DNA from: Candidatus Methylomirabilis sp.
Lineage (GTDB): Bacteria; Methylomirabilota; Methylomirabilia; Methylomirabilales; 2-02-FULL-66-22
DNA: 64,000 nt
Direction of reading: 5' to 3'
Assembly (NCBI GenBank): GCA_035455275.1
Contig: DATIFO010000085.1
Location: 14,901-78,900 of the forward strand
Within the stretch, counting starts at the first letter, position 1; each line of letters begins with the position of its first letter. The position numbers and the translations under genes were made by a program. Under the pieces are notes generated by a model. It saw nothing but the letters and a program-made list of their open reading frames with translations. It was not told the DNA's origin and ran no database searches. Of the stretch, positions 17,745 to 25,702 are shown piece after piece.

Positions 17745-19121
17745 ATGGTGCGCACACGGTCCCGTCTTCGTTCCTGTGTTGTACTCCTCGTCGTCGGCCT
17801 GCTGCTCCTGCCGGTCAGCAGCCTTGCCGCCCAGGCCAAGAACATCATCCTGCTGATCGGGGACGGCATGGGGCCGAGCCATTTCGGGGCTGCCTGGCTG
17901 TACAGCAACCGGGTCCTCGGGAAAGAGCTGCGGATGGTGGAGGTGATGAAGGCCGGTCGGACGGCGTATATGGTGAACGACACGGCCGACGCCGTCATCA
18001 CGGAGTCGGCCGCCACTGCCACACAGATCGCCACGGGGGTCAAGGTGACGGCGCGCGTGGTCAGCACGGCGGCCGACGGCAAGACCCCGCTGAAGACCAT
18101 CCTGGAGATAGCCAAGGACAATGGGATGGCCACGGGCTTGGTCACGACCTCGGGGATCACCGACGCAACCCCTGCCGCCTTTGCAGCGCATGTGGCGCAT
18201 CGGAGCGATGAGCTATCGGTGGCCGTCCAGGAGCTTCAGCACGGGGTGGACGTGCTGATGGGCGGACGGAAGCAGTTCTTCCTTCCCGAGGTGTCGGCGG
18301 GCAAGCGCAAGGACGGCCGGAACCTGATGGATGAGGCGCGCGCCGCAGGCTACAGCGTGGTCGGGGACAGGGATGAACTGCAGAAGGCAACGGGCAAGAG
18401 GCTCCTTGGCCTGTTCAACATGGGGAACATGGCCTATGAGATCGACCGGGCCAAGACAGGGGAGCCCAGCCTGGCCGAGATGGCGGCGAAGACCCTGGAG
18501 GTGCTGGCGCAGAACCCCAAGGGATTCTTCGCCATGATCGAGGGCGGGCGGATCGACCATGCGGCCCACAGGAACGACGCCGCGGCCACGATCCGGGACA
18601 CCCTGGCCTTCGACGAGGCCGTGGGCGTGGCGCTGGAGTTCCAGCGCAAGAATCCGGAAACCCTCCTGATCGTCACCGCAGACCATGAGACCGGCGGGAT
18701 GGCCCTGATCGGCCACAGCAAGGACAGCCAGGAACATGTGGGGATCGATCTCGCGGCAATCCAGAAGGCCCGGATGTCCTTCGAGCTCTTCGTGGAGGAG
18801 CTGGGCAAGAACCCGTCCCCCGAGAAGATCCGGGGGGCGGTGAAAGAATTCCTTCGCGTCGAGATCACCGAGGACGAGGCGAAGATCGTGGTGAGCGACA
18901 CGATCCGGAAGCTGGACCCGGCGAGCTACAGTAATGCCACGCTGCACACCCTCGCCTTTGTCCTGCGGCCGTATCTCCGGGTGGGCTGGGGCAGCCAGAC
19001 GCACACCGCGTCGCCCCTGTTCGCCTTTGGCTCGGGACCGGGCTCGGAGGAGCTGGTCGGCTTCCGCCACAACACGGAGCTGTTTCGCATCATGAAGACC
19101 GCCCTGGAGGCCGGGCGGTAG
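17745..19121 (+). CDS. alkaline phosphatase (PhoA family), secreted
   Basis: Signal peptide MVRTRSRLRSCVVLLVVGLLLLPVSSLAAQA, then ILLIGDGMG, the active-site region TESAATATQIATGVK, IEGGRIDHAAH and TADHETGG. Confidence 0.9.
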   Translation: MVRTRSRLRSCVVLLVVGLLLLPVSSLAAQAKNIILLIGDGMGPSHFGAAWLYSNRVLGKELRMVEVMKAGRTAYMVNDTADAVITESAATATQIATGVKVTARVVSTAADGKTPLKTILEIAKDNGMATGLVTTSGITDATPAAFAAHVAHRSDELSVAVQELQHGVDVLMGGRKQFFLPEVSAGKRKDGRNLMDEARAAGYSVVGDRDELQKATGKRLLGLFNMGNMAYEIDRAKTGEPSLAEMAAKTLEVLAQNPKGFFAMIEGGRIDHAAHRNDAAATIRDTLAFDEAVGVALEFQRKNPETLLIVTADHETGGMALIGHSKDSQEHVGIDLAAIQKARMSFELFVEELGKNPSPEKIRGAVKEFLRVEITEDEAKIVVSDTIRKLDPASYSNATLHTLAFVLRPYLRVGWGSQTHTASPLFAFGSGPGSEELVGFRHNTELFRIMKTALEAGR

Positions 19122-19180
19122 GTCAGGGCAGAGCCGAGCAGTACTGACATCCTCATCGGGGGGAAGGGGAGGCTTCTGGG

Positions 19181-20119
19181 ATGCCGATGGTGTCACCCAT
19201 CGTCACCGTCACGCCGAGCCCGGCGCTCGACCGAACGCTCCGGGTGGATCGCCTGGACTTCGGCGCCATCGCCAGGGTCCGCGACGTCCGCGAGGATCCC
19301 GGGGGCAAGGGCGTCAACGTGTCTCGGGTGCTGAACCACTTCGGCCGGCCCACGACGGCGCTTGGCTTCATCGCCGGGAGGATCGGCAGCCGGCTGGAGG
19401 AGGAGCTGCGCCGGTACGGAATCGTGACGGACTTCGTTCCGGTCGAGGGCGAGACCCGGGTCAACCTCACCCTCACCGATGGGGAGCGGGAGCTGAAGGT
19501 GAACGAGGCCGGGCCACCCATCGATGCCGTCGCGTCGGGTCTCCTGGTAGACAAGGTGCGGCGACACGCCCGGGGCAGTCCGGCGGTCGTCCTGGCGGGG
19601 AGCCTCCCGCCCGGCGCGGGAGACGGACTGTACGGGGAATTGGTGGAGGTGGTCCGGCAGCAAGGGTCCCGGCCCGTGCTGGACGCGGAGGGGGCGCCGC
19701 TTCGTCTGGGCGTCGCCGCGCGGCCGTTCCTCATCAAGCCCAACCTCCGCGAGGCCGAGGCCCTCCTGGGGGTGTCGCTGTCCACGGAGGAAGACATCCG
19801 TCAGGCGGCACGGCACCTGGGAGGCCAGGGGATAGAGGTCGTGGTCATCTCCCTGGGCGGGAGCGGCGCCTTGATGGCCTGCCGCGACCGCATCTGGATG
19901 GCCGAGATCCCGCTGACCAAGACGGTGAGCACGGTGGGGGCGGGGGATTCCCTGCTGGCATATCTGCTCATGGCGCTCCTGGCGGACACGGATCCGGTGG
20001 TGTCCCTCCGCAGGGCCACGGCGGCTGGCCTGGCCTCGACCAGCCTCCCGGGCAGTCAACTGTGCACGCCGGCGGAGATGGAGCGGATGCTCCCCCTGGT
20101 GCGGACGCGCGAACTGTGA
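19181..20119 (+). CDS. PfkB-family hexose-phosphate kinase (1-phosphofructokinase/tagatose-6-P kinase type)
   Basis: VTVTPSPALDRT...GGKGVNVSRVL and C-terminal GAGDSLLAY match the FruK/LacC/PfkB pattern. Confidence 0.9.
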   Translation: MPMVSPIVTVTPSPALDRTLRVDRLDFGAIARVRDVREDPGGKGVNVSRVLNHFGRPTTALGFIAGRIGSRLEEELRRYGIVTDFVPVEGETRVNLTLTDGERELKVNEAGPPIDAVASGLLVDKVRRHARGSPAVVLAGSLPPGAGDGLYGELVEVVRQQGSRPVLDAEGAPLRLGVAARPFLIKPNLREAEALLGVSLSTEEDIRQAARHLGGQGIEVVVISLGGSGALMACRDRIWMAEIPLTKTVSTVGAGDSLLAYLLMALLADTDPVVSLRRATAAGLASTSLPGSQLCTPAEMERMLPLVRTREL

Positions 20120-20192
20120 GGCCGAGACGGAGACCGGACGGGGGCGGAGGAGCAGAATGCGTGGGGCGGCCATACCTCCGGCTCAATCACGA

Positions 20193-21296
20193 ATGAGCGC
20201 GGGACTCCTCACGGGACCGGAGCGGGTCGTGCTCGCCGAAGTCCCGCGCCCGGCCTGCCCGGAGGGAGGTCTGCTCCTCCGGGTGCAGGCCTGCGCCGTG
20301 TGCGGCTCGGACGTGAGACTTTTCCTGGGCCGGAAGCAGGTCAAGGGGAGCCAGGAGATCGGCGGGCAGGTCCTCTCGGGCCGCATCCTCGGCCACGAGA
20401 TCGCCGGGAGGATCGAGGCCGCGGGATCGTCCGTCAAGGACTTCGCGCCCGGCGAGGTCGTGACCGTGGCCCCCAGCATCACCTGCGGCACATGCGATGC
20501 GTGCCGGGGCGGGCGATCGGAGGTGTGTCGGACGTATCAGGCGCTGGGGTACCAGCATCCCGGCGGCTTTGCAGAATACCTGGCGGTGCCTGCTCGCCTC
20601 CTCGCCGACGGCAGCGTGAACCGAATCCCGGCCGGTGTGCTCCCCTGGAAGGCCTGCCTGGCAGAGCCGCTGGCCTGCGCGCTCAACGCCCAGGAGGCCA
20701 TGGCCATCAGACCGGGGGATTCAATCCTGGTGGCGGGGGCGGGACCCATGGGGTGCCTGCACCTCCTGCTGGCACGGCAGCGAGGGGCGGGACGGATCGC
20801 CGTGCTCGAGCCCGACGCCGGTCGCCGGGAGCGCGCGGGGACCCTGGGGGCGGATCTGGTTGCGGCCCCGGACGCGCCCGATCTGGATCGAGTCCTGCTC
20901 GATGCGACGAGGGGGGAGGGGTTCAGCGCCGTCGTCTTTGCCGTGTCCAGCATCCAGGCCATCCGCAGGGTCTTCGCGGTGTTCGAGGACGGGGCCTACC
21001 GCCTCCTGGCGCCCGGGGCCCGGGTGAACCTGTTTGCCGGCCTCGATCCAGGCGAGACGTCCGTGAGCCTGGACGCGCGGGCCGTCCACTACCAGGCGCT
21101 CAGCATCATCGGGTCGGCGAACTCCACCCCGCGGCAGAATGCCGAGGCGCTCGGGTTGATCGCGAGCGGGGCCGTGCCGGTCGAGCGCCTGGTCACCGCG
21201 CGGATCCCTCTGTCCCGGATGGGCGAGGCCCTCGCCCTCGCCACGTCGAAGTCCCACCTGAAGGTCGTGGTCGAGCCGGGAGGGGGCGACTCATGA
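20193..21296 (+). CDS. zinc-dependent alcohol/polyol dehydrogenase (MDR family)
   Basis: CAVCGSDVR, GHEIAGRIEAAG, the structural-Zn cysteines CGTCDACRGG, and a Rossmann motif GAGPMG. Confidence 0.85.
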   Translation: MSAGLLTGPERVVLAEVPRPACPEGGLLLRVQACAVCGSDVRLFLGRKQVKGSQEIGGQVLSGRILGHEIAGRIEAAGSSVKDFAPGEVVTVAPSITCGTCDACRGGRSEVCRTYQALGYQHPGGFAEYLAVPARLLADGSVNRIPAGVLPWKACLAEPLACALNAQEAMAIRPGDSILVAGAGPMGCLHLLLARQRGAGRIAVLEPDAGRRERAGTLGADLVAAPDAPDLDRVLLDATRGEGFSAVVFAVSSIQAIRRVFAVFEDGAYRLLAPGARVNLFAGLDPGETSVSLDARAVHYQALSIIGSANSTPRQNAEALGLIASGAVPVERLVTARIPLSRMGEALALATSKSHLKVVVEPGGGDS

Positions 21297-21312
21297 CCGC
21301 AGACATCGCAGA

Positions 21313-21339
21313 CCCCCTCCCCCTCAGAGGGGGGAGGGT
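21313..21339. terminator. C-run/G-run hairpin in the convergent gap (bidirectional terminator candidate)
   Basis: CCCCCTCCCCCT-CAG-AGGGGGGAGGG forms a stem of about 10 bp with one bulge. It lies 17 nt after the ADH stop and about 65 nt after the RidA stop on the other strand. No clear U-tract. Confidence 0.4.
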
Positions 21340-21353
21340 AAAGGTGTGGGTGA

Positions 21354-21380
21354 AATCTGCGAGAATCTGCGTAATCTGCG
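21354..21380. repeat. three direct copies of AATCTGCG at 10- and 9-nt spacing
   Basis: AATCTGCGagAATCTGCGtAATCTGCG, read directly in the convergent intergenic region. Confidence 0.6.
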
Positions 21381-21405
21381 GATAAACTGGCGGGGCCTTT
21401 TCCTG

Positions 21406-21864
21406 CTAGTCCCTCACCTGAACGATGATCTCCACCTCGACCGGGATGTCCAGAGGCAATTGGTTGGTGCCGATGGCCGAGCGGGCGTGCTTGCCCGCCT
21501 CCCCGAACAGCTTGATCAGCAACTCCGAGGCGCCATTCATGACCCAGGGCTGGCGCGTGAAGCCGTCCACGCTGGCCACGAAGCCCAGGAGCTTGACCAC
21601 CCGCTCCACCTTGTCCAGGTCGCCGATCACGCTCTTCACGCAAGCCAGGCAGTTCACCACGCAGATCTGCGCCGCCTGATACCCCTGCTCCTCGGTCAGC
21701 TCCCGCCCGAGCTTCCCCGTGAACTTGGCCTTCCCATCCACCGTGGGACCCTGCCCCGCGGTGAATACCAGATTGCCGCTCCGCACCGCCGGCACGTAGG
21801 CCGCCAGCGGCTTCGGCGTGGGCAACGTGAAACCCAGCTTCCCCAGTTCCTGTTCGATTCGCAT
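21406..21864 (-). CDS. ridA: RidA/YjgF family reactive-intermediate deaminase
   Basis: YVPAVRSGNLVFTAGQGP...ARSAIGTNQLPLDIPVEVEIIV is the classic RidA pattern. The ATG at 21864 was verified on the sequence; the longer ORF upstream of it is junk. Confidence 0.9.
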   Translation of the reverse strand: MRIEQELGKLGFTLPTPKPLAAYVPAVRSGNLVFTAGQGPTVDGKAKFTGKLGRELTEEQGYQAAQICVVNCLACVKSVIGDLDKVERVVKLLGFVASVDGFTRQPWVMNGASELLIKLFGEAGKHARSAIGTNQLPLDIPVEVEIIVQVRD

Positions 21865-21994
21865 GGTCCCTCCTGTTGAAGAAAACGGCTCACCGCCAGG
21901 GCGCCAAGACCGCGGATGCCCAATGGGAGAAAAGCGCCGGAGCCACCTTATCACAGGCGCACGGGTGAAGCCAAGCACGCGGTGCCTCGGGAGA

Positions 21995-22738
21995 TCAGGG
22001 CAAGGCGATCGAGTGGAGGGCCATGAAGGGGGTGGGGCTGATGGGGTTGCCGGGGTCCGTCCGGACGAAGTCCATGCCGTCCCACGGGCCGCAGGCAAGG
22101 CGACGGAGGTAATCCAGGGAGCCGGGGATCTCCGCGTAGGCCAGACCAAAGACCTGGGCCATCTCGGCCGCGTGGGCGCGGCCCGCCTCCACGTTTCCGA
22201 CCCCATGGTCGATGAAGGCCACGCGCTTGTAGTGCTTCAGCAGCTCGTGGGCGATGTAGCGGGCGTCCTCCTCGCCATACTTGGGCAGGTACTCGTGCTT
22301 GTAGCAACTGAGGGACGTCGTCCCGTAGCACGCCCAGCCGGGCGTGATGTAGTAGGTCCCGGCGCAGGCGGCCACCTCGGCCTCGTAGCGCTCGCAGGAG
22401 CCCAGCAGCAGCGCGATGCAGTCGTGGACCTTGGGCAGGATGATGGGGGCGGCTCGGGCCGTGACGCCGACCACCCCGTTGCTGCAGAGGCCGTACCCCA
22501 GGATCACCGACCCGGTGCCGGCCGGCAGGGCGTCCACGACCTCCTGGATCGCCCCCGGCATCTTTCCGGGCGTCCGGTGGAGCCCCTGGGGGAGATAGGT
22601 GCGCACGAGGTCGGGCGGCGAGACCGCCTCGAACTCGTCCTTGAACACCTCGCAGGCGATCAGGTGCCGCTTCCCGGCGGCGGCCGGCTCGCGGCTCGCG
22701 GCTCGCGGCTCGTGGTTCGCCGGTGGCTGATGGCTCAT
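21995..22738 (-). CDS. DUF1638 domain protein
   Basis: LIACEVFKDE...ILGYGLCSNG...LPKVHDCIALLLG...YYITPGW is the DUF1638 pattern as I recall it. The ATG at 22738 overlaps the methyltransferase stop (ATGA). Codons 10-18 lie inside a heptamer tandem repeat. Confidence 0.8.
   Translation of the reverse strand: MSHQPPANHEPRAASREPAAAGKRHLIACEVFKDEFEAVSPPDLVRTYLPQGLHRTPGKMPGAIQEVVDALPAGTGSVILGYGLCSNGVVGVTARAAPIILPKVHDCIALLLGSCERYEAEVAACAGTYYITPGWACYGTTSLSCYKHEYLPKYGEEDARYIAHELLKHYKRVAFIDHGVGNVEAGRAHAAEMAQVFGLAYAEIPGSLDYLRRLACGPWDGMDFVRTDPGNPISPTPFMALHSIALP
22685..22719. repeat. heptanucleotide tandem repeat (CGGCTCG)x4 plus one TGGTTCG unit
   Basis: Read directly: perfect units at 22685-91, 22692-98, 22699-705 and 22706-712, and a degenerate unit at 22713-719. 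The tract lies within the first 20 codons of the DUF1638 gene (encoding HEPRAASREP). Confidence 0.85.
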
Positions 22739-23874
22739 GGCTGATAGCGCCCGAATTCCCGTGCCGCCTCCACCATGGCCAGGATGTTCTGCGGGGGGAC
22801 CTCGGCCTGGACGTTGTGGACGGCGCCCAGGACATAGCCGCCGCCAGGGCCGAGGTCGGCGATCCGCCTCTGCACCTCCTGGCGCACGTCCTCCGGTGTT
22901 CCCATGGGCAGCACGCGCTGGGTGTCGATCGCGCCCCAGAAGGTGATGTCCTGCCCGAACTCCCGCTTCAGCCGCGCGGAGTCCATATCCCTGGCGGACA
23001 CCTGGATGGGGTGCAGCGCGTCGAAGCCGACCTCGATCAGGTCCGGGATGAAGGCGGCCACCGAGCCGCAGGTATGCAGGAGGACGGGCTTGTCGAAGCG
23101 CTTGACCGCCTGCACCATCCGGCCGTGGCACGGCTTGATCAGCCGGCGATACAGGGCGGGGCTCATCACCGGGCCGTGCTGGGTGCCCAGGTCGTCGCCG
23201 AACATGGCGAGGTCCACCAGGTCGCCCACCTCCTGGAGCGCGCGCTCGGTCATCCGGACCCAGAAGTCGGCATACCGGTCCATGAAGGCCCCGACGAAGT
23301 CCGGGGCGGCGAGGAGATCCTCCAGGGCGGCGGCGTACCCGCGCATGAACTGGATCTGGTGGACCACCCCCACCCCCAGCACGAGAATGATGGCCGCATC
23401 GCTCGCAGCCCGGAGGGTCTCCGCCTGCCGGCGGAGCGTGCGGAAACGGCCGGGGTCCAGCGGATCGGGCCAGGCGAACTTCTCGATAAGGCTCGGGTCC
23501 GGCTCGTGCTGGCAGAAGGGACCGGCCGTGTTGATGAAGTGCTGGCCGGTTCCCAGATGACTCCAGGTGATGCCCCACTCATCGTGCAGCGTGCCGTCCG
23601 GCAGCTCCCGCTCCGGGTTCGCGTCCGGACTGTCCAGGACCACGGCCCGGCAGTCCACATCCAGGTACTGGAGGAGTCGCTCATCCGGGAGGACGCTGTT
23701 GGAGCGGCGAGACAGGTACGAGACGGGCGGGTCGGCGCCGAAGCCGAGGTGAGCCATGAGGCGCCGGTAGGCATGGATGTTGATGGTGCTGGCCAGCGTC
23801 CCGCCCAGGTCCACCGGGACCCGATCGGGGGCCTGGTGCCTCAGGGCGGTCAACACGCGCTCGCGATGCGTCAT
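22735..23874 (-). CDS. uroporphyrinogen-decarboxylase-family (MtaA/CmuA-like) methyltransferase
   Basis: MTHRERVLTALRHQAPDRVPVDLGG..., GDDLGTQHGPVMSP, LHTCGS and ALHPIQ match the URO-D fold methylcobamide methyltransferase pattern. Confidence 0.85.
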   Translation of the reverse strand: MTHRERVLTALRHQAPDRVPVDLGGTLASTINIHAYRRLMAHLGFGADPPVSYLSRRSNSVLPDERLLQYLDVDCRAVVLDSPDANPERELPDGTLHDEWGITWSHLGTGQHFINTAGPFCQHEPDPSLIEKFAWPDPLDPGRFRTLRRQAETLRAASDAAIILVLGVGVVHQIQFMRGYAAALEDLLAAPDFVGAFMDRYADFWVRMTERALQEVGDLVDLAMFGDDLGTQHGPVMSPALYRRLIKPCHGRMVQAVKRFDKPVLLHTCGSVAAFIPDLIEVGFDALHPIQVSARDMDSARLKREFGQDITFWGAIDTQRVLPMGTPEDVRQEVQRRIADLGPGGGYVLGAVHNVQAEVPPQNILAMVEAAREFGRYQP

Positions 23875-23894
23875 GGGCGTATCTCTCGAAAATG

Positions 23895-23981
23895 CGTTCG
23901 ACGGTTCGGTGGTTCGAGGGTTCGGTCGTTCATTCCGATCCGAGGAACCACCGACCCACCGACCTACCGAACCACCGAACG
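23895..23981. repeat. 37-bp imperfect inverted repeat built from 8-nt NNGGTTCG units (mRNA hairpin candidate)
   Basis: Left arm 23895-23931 and right arm 23945-23981 pair at 29 of 37 positions (counted by hand), with a 13-nt loop. It lies in the intergenic region between the corrinoid protein and methyltransferase genes. Confidence 0.7.
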
Positions 23982-23993
23982 TTTTGGTGCAGG

Positions 23994-24629
23994 TCAGGCG
24001 ATCCCCAGGAGCGCCTTGGCCTGTTCCACGGCCACGGCTGCGCTCTCGCCGTACGAGTCGGCGCCGATCTCATCGGCGAACGTCTGGGTCACGGGCGCAC
24101 CGCCCACCATGACCTTCACCTTCGGGCGGAGATGGGCCCGGTCCAGGGCCAGGATGACCTCCCGCATGCCGAGCATCGTCGTCGTGAGGAGGCTGGAGAT
24201 GCCCAGGAGCTGGGCCCCGGTGTCCTTGACCGCCTGGACGAACTTGTCGGCCGCCACGTCGGCTCCCAGATCGATCACCTCGAACCCGCCACCCTCCAGC
24301 ATCATGCAGACGAGATTCTTGCCGATGTCGTGCAGGTCACCCTTGACGGTGCCCATCACCGCCACGCCCACGGGCTTGACCCCGGACTTCGTGAGCAGTG
24401 GCTTGAGCATGGCGAGGGACTTCTTCATGGCGCGGGCCGCCACCAGCACTTCGGGCACGTACACCTCGTTGCAGCGGAACTTCTCCCCGACCACCTCCAT
24501 CCCGGGCACCAGGGCCTGGTTGAGGATCTTCTCCGGCGGGAGGCCCGCCTGGATCGCCACCTCGGTCAGGATGCCGCACCCCTTGAGGTCCCCCGCGACG
24601 ACTGCTTCCTTCAACGCGTTCAAGTCCAT
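23994..24629 (-). CDS. corrinoid (B12-binding) protein, MtaC/MtbC-like
   Basis: An N-terminal helical cap domain plus a B12-binding Rossmann domain with the DxHxxG motif (GDLHDIGKN) and SSLLTTT...GGAP. GAAGGGGG SD before the ATG at 24629. Confidence 0.9.
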   Translation of the reverse strand: MDLNALKEAVVAGDLKGCGILTEVAIQAGLPPEKILNQALVPGMEVVGEKFRCNEVYVPEVLVAARAMKKSLAMLKPLLTKSGVKPVGVAVMGTVKGDLHDIGKNLVCMMLEGGGFEVIDLGADVAADKFVQAVKDTGAQLLGISSLLTTTMLGMREVILALDRAHLRPKVKVMVGGAPVTQTFADEIGADSYGESAAVAVEQAKALLGIA

Positions 24630-24819
24630 GGCAGCCCCCTTCTCGGATGTCCGGCGCAAGCGTGTCTTTGCGTTGGGGAAGACTATCCACCACCGAGGGC
24701 GGGAAGGCCAGCCCGAAACGCGAATTGACTGCTCGGGCGGACGTGTCCGCCTGGGAGGGGGGGCAGCGGGAGCGGGAAGGCGCCAGGCTTCCCGGCCGGG
24801 CCGGGGACCCTCCCGAGAG

Positions 24820-25119
24820 TCAGGTGAGGTCAGCGTCGAATTCCTCCTTCGAGATGAGGCGACCGCCCTGCACGTCCTGTATCTGGACGCGATAGGCGGC
24901 GTCGAAGGTGACCTCGGCCGTCATGAGACGGAAGCACTTGCTGTCCATGACCTCCTTGCGGACGAAATACCCCCCTGCCTCACCCTGGCTGAGGTCATGC
25001 CGCTTGTCCAGACGGACGTGCACCTTCGCCTTGCAGCGACCGCATTCGACATAGAGGTGAATGGCATCATCGGTGTCCTTGGTCGCCTTCCCGCCAAATA
25101 GCCTCGCGAGGAATCCCAC
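24820..25119 (-). CDS. hypothetical small protein (about 99 aa) with a CxxC motif
   Basis: GTG at 25119 is preceded by an AGGAGGG SD. Sequence VGFLARLFGGKATKDTDDAIHLYVECGRCKAKVHVRLDKRHDL... looks like a conserved small-protein family, but I cannot name it. Confidence 0.55.
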   Translation of the reverse strand: MGFLARLFGGKATKDTDDAIHLYVECGRCKAKVHVRLDKRHDLSQGEAGGYFVRKEVMDSKCFRLMTAEVTFDAAYRVQIQDVQGGRLISKEEFDADLT

Positions 25120-25194
25120 GGGCCGCCCTCCTGTCTGCTCGATCGTCTCCGGATGGATGCATGCCCCGACGGAGAGGCCGCGGGGACGCACCGA

Positions 25195-25569
25195 TCACGC
25201 GTGCCCGGGTCTCTTCGATACCTGCGGCCCGGGCAAACCCTGCTCCCCTCCCGCCCTCGCCAGCTCGGTATTCAGCAGGGCCAGGACCGCGGGCTCGAGT
25301 TGCTCGTGCACCCGTTGGCGGAACACGACGAAGTCGCTTTGGGACAGGCCCTGCTGTCGGATCATCGTGACGCAGGCGGTCACCGCGCCGGCCAACTGCT
25401 TGGTCAGCGAGTCGAGGACACCGAACTGCCAGGCCAGGATATTCCCGCCCTCCTGCTCGGCCTTCTCGATCTCGTCCATGAGGACGTTTCCGAGGAGGAC
25501 CATGAGACGGTCGGAAACCGCGCGCACCTCCGGATCCGACCTGAATTGGGGCGACTCGTGATCGGGCAT
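25195..25569 (-). CDS. hypothetical protein (124 aa, helical)
   Basis: Balanced composition (LMVLLGNVLMDEIEKAEQEGGNILAWQFGVLDSLTKQLAG...), co-directional with its neighbours, and a GGGGAGAG SD-like run upstream. Confidence 0.5.
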   Translation of the reverse strand: MPDHESPQFRSDPEVRAVSDRLMVLLGNVLMDEIEKAEQEGGNILAWQFGVLDSLTKQLAGAVTACVTMIRQQGLSQSDFVVFRQRVHEQLEPAVLALLNTELARAGGEQGLPGPQVSKRPGHA

Positions 25570-25702
25570 GATGCTCTCCCCGCCGGCCGAGAGGTCTTGG
25601 CCACCGGCGCCATCGATTCCACCACCGGAATCCCACCTCTGCCAGGCGGCAACTCTATCACCGATTCGGAAGTGCGTCCACCCGGCGAGAGGGCCCGGCG
25701 CC

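Noticed and set aside
22685-22719. Heptamer tract or the 23895-23981 repeats as a CRISPR-like array.
   Set aside because: The units are 7-8 nt with no spacers, and there are no cas genes. These are simple tandem or inverted repeats.
24630-24819. Possible cobalamin riboswitch upstream of the corrinoid protein gene.
   Set aside because: There is no B12-box (GCCACTG-like) and no conserved GGTGC...GGGAA core on the minus strand. Only a short GGGAAG/CTTCCC hairpin is present.
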